From NCBI GenBank assembly GCA_043822685.1, contig JBDRBL010000003.1, positions 4,659-68,658 of the forward strand: a stretch of DNA of 64,000 nucleotides, written 5' to 3'. How positions within the stretch are numbered: position 1 is the stretch's first letter; each line of letters begins with the position of its first letter. The stretch is from Candidatus Shapirobacteria bacterium (GTDB taxonomy: Bacteria > Patescibacteriota > Microgenomatia > PFEM01 > JBDRBL01). A program made the position numbers and the translations under genes. The notes under the pieces were generated by a model. That model was not told where the DNA came from, ran no database searches, and was given only the letters and a program-made list of their open reading frames with translations. Of this stretch, positions 62,986-64,000 are shown piece by piece.

Positions 62986-63745
62986 AGAAAAAAATTATAC
63001 TAATATTGTCCTTATTGTTTTGTTGGTCGCGGCGGCGTTTTTGCTGGGAAAGATGTGGGATAAGAGTAAAATTACCGGTAGCGGCTCGACCGTTCCGACA
63101 GGCGGTGTTTCTCCTGCGGCAAAAGATCCTGATGCCGTTTTGGCCGGATATGCCGGTCAAATCGGCTTGGACGTTGATCAATTTAAAAGTTGCGTTTCTT
63201 CGGGCAAGTATGCCCAAGCAGTCAAAGATAATCTTGCTTTTAGTAACGAAATCGCCAAGACGGCCTGGGATTTGAACGTTATTGATCATAAAGAAATTCC
63301 TAGTCGTGACCAAGCCGGTTTTGGCACCCCAACTTTTTTTATCAATGGCCGAATTTTGGTAGGCGCTCAACCTTACGAGGTTTTCGACACGGCGATTAAA
63401 GAAGCTTTGAATGGTCAAGCTAAAGGACCGGCTTTGAAACAAGATACCCTAGATCAAATTGTGGCCAATGCGGCCGCCGTCAAGGGCGACAAAGAAATGA
63501 AAGTCGTTGTTGCCGAGTTTTCCGATTATGAGTGTCCCTTTTGCGGCCGATATGTTACCCAGACGATGCCGGAAATTTTGAAAAATTATGGAGACAAAAT
63601 TCTTTATGTTTTCTTGGATTATCCCCTGCCTTTTCACCAATCGGCCCAAAAGATGGCCGAGGCGGCCAGATGCGCGGGCGAGCAGGGCAAGTATTGGGAG
63701 CTGCACGATTTGATCTATGCCGGCCAGGCCGACTGGTCGGGGTAG
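62978..63745 (+). CDS. membrane-anchored DsbA-like thiol:disulfide oxidoreductase
   Basis: YECPFCGRY CxxC motif; N-terminal TM; start set at the ATG 62978. Confidence 0.65.
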   Translation: MAKEKNYTNIVLIVLLVAAAFLLGKMWDKSKITGSGSTVPTGGVSPAAKDPDAVLAGYAGQIGLDVDQFKSCVSSGKYAQAVKDNLAFSNEIAKTAWDLNVIDHKEIPSRDQAGFGTPTFFINGRILVGAQPYEVFDTAIKEALNGQAKGPALKQDTLDQIVANAAAVKGDKEMKVVVAEFSDYECPFCGRYVTQTMPEILKNYGDKILYVFLDYPLPFHQSAQKMAEAARCAGEQGKYWELHDLIYAGQADWSG

Positions 63746-63776
63746 CTTTTCTTCAAAAATGTTATAATCGCTTCAG

Positions 63777-64000
63777 ATGAATTTTAGCTTTTATTTTTTG
63801 CGTGAAGGAGTGGTTTTGGCGCGAGCCTCGGGTTTGTCCGATTCCGTTATTGCCGCCTTTTTGCTTTTGCCTTTGGCCGCAGCCTTTATTGCTGCCGCTC
63901 GTTATCTTCTCGGCCTGCGCGGCCTGGGTGTCTTTACGCCGATTATGCTCTCGGTTGTTTTTTTGATGATTGGTCTGCCCACCGGTTTAAGCCTTTTCTT
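63777..64000 (+). CDS. membrane protein, 5-prime partial (continues beyond the window)
   Basis: ATG at 63777 about 9 nt after an extended -10 TGTTATAAT; hydrophobic segments. Confidence 0.35.
   Translation, partial: MNFSFYFLREGVVLARASGLSDSVIAAFLLLPLAAAFIAAARYLLGLRGLGVFTPIMLSVVFLMIGLPTGLSLF

Noticed and set aside
1-64000. CRISPR arrays, rRNA genes, transposase genes
   Set aside because: No regularly spaced direct-repeat array was seen. There are no rRNA-like conserved stretches, and no DDE/IS transposase ORFs. The only recombinase is the tyrosine recombinase at 30167-31036.

Overview
This 64 kb window is a dense bacterial chromosome segment (about 45% GC) with the hallmarks of a reduced-genome Patescibacteria/CPR-type organism; the taxonomy is an inference.

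Housekeeping content:
- An iscR-iscS-iscU Fe-S operon and a contiguous glycolysis block: short archaeal-type tpi, pgk, gap, deoC, fba.
- Two tandem class A PBPs, two tandem class III RNR (nrdD) paralogs plus a small thioredoxin-like protein and nrdG, and trpS directly preceded by tRNA-Trp.
- fpg, recF, an ATP-dependent DNA ligase, pth, efp/epmA, trxA/trxB, gdh, and ftsH interrupted by an in-frame TAG.
- A large copper / thiol-disulfide locus: BlaI/CopY-like repressor, M56 peptidase, DUF1573, CcdA-like, DsbA-like, an HMA-membrane-cupredoxin fusion, copZ, copA.

Accessory and unusual content:
- A SET-domain methyltransferase + Ddl-like ATP-grasp ligase + BtrH/C39-like cysteine peptidase + 10-Cys secreted mini-protein cluster next to an HTH-Doc toxin-antitoxin pair. 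This is my lead candidate for an undescribed peptide-modification (graspetide-like) system.
- A low-GC island region (27.9-31.0 kb) containing an HTH / LAGLIDADG-like protein, a tRNA with UAU anticodon, a strongly expressed orphan gene flanked by GC-rich imperfect direct repeats, and a Xer/integrase-family tyrosine recombinase.
- A membrane-anchored T4SS-like (VirD4/VirB4) ATPase.
- A duplicated, translationally coupled two-gene cassette (112 aa + 70-80 aa; two copies within 3 kb) around an ATP-cone-Mrr nuclease fusion.
- A dispersed 24-28 nt palindrome family whose perfect copy overlaps the promoter of a TrpR/YerC-like regulator.
- In-frame heptanucleotide tandem microsatellites embedded in several unrelated CDSs.

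Four tRNA genes (Ile-UAU, Met-CAU, an initiator-like CAU, Trp-CCA) and several sigma70-like promoters are visible, many placed for leaderless transcripts. No rRNA and no CRISPR array were seen.
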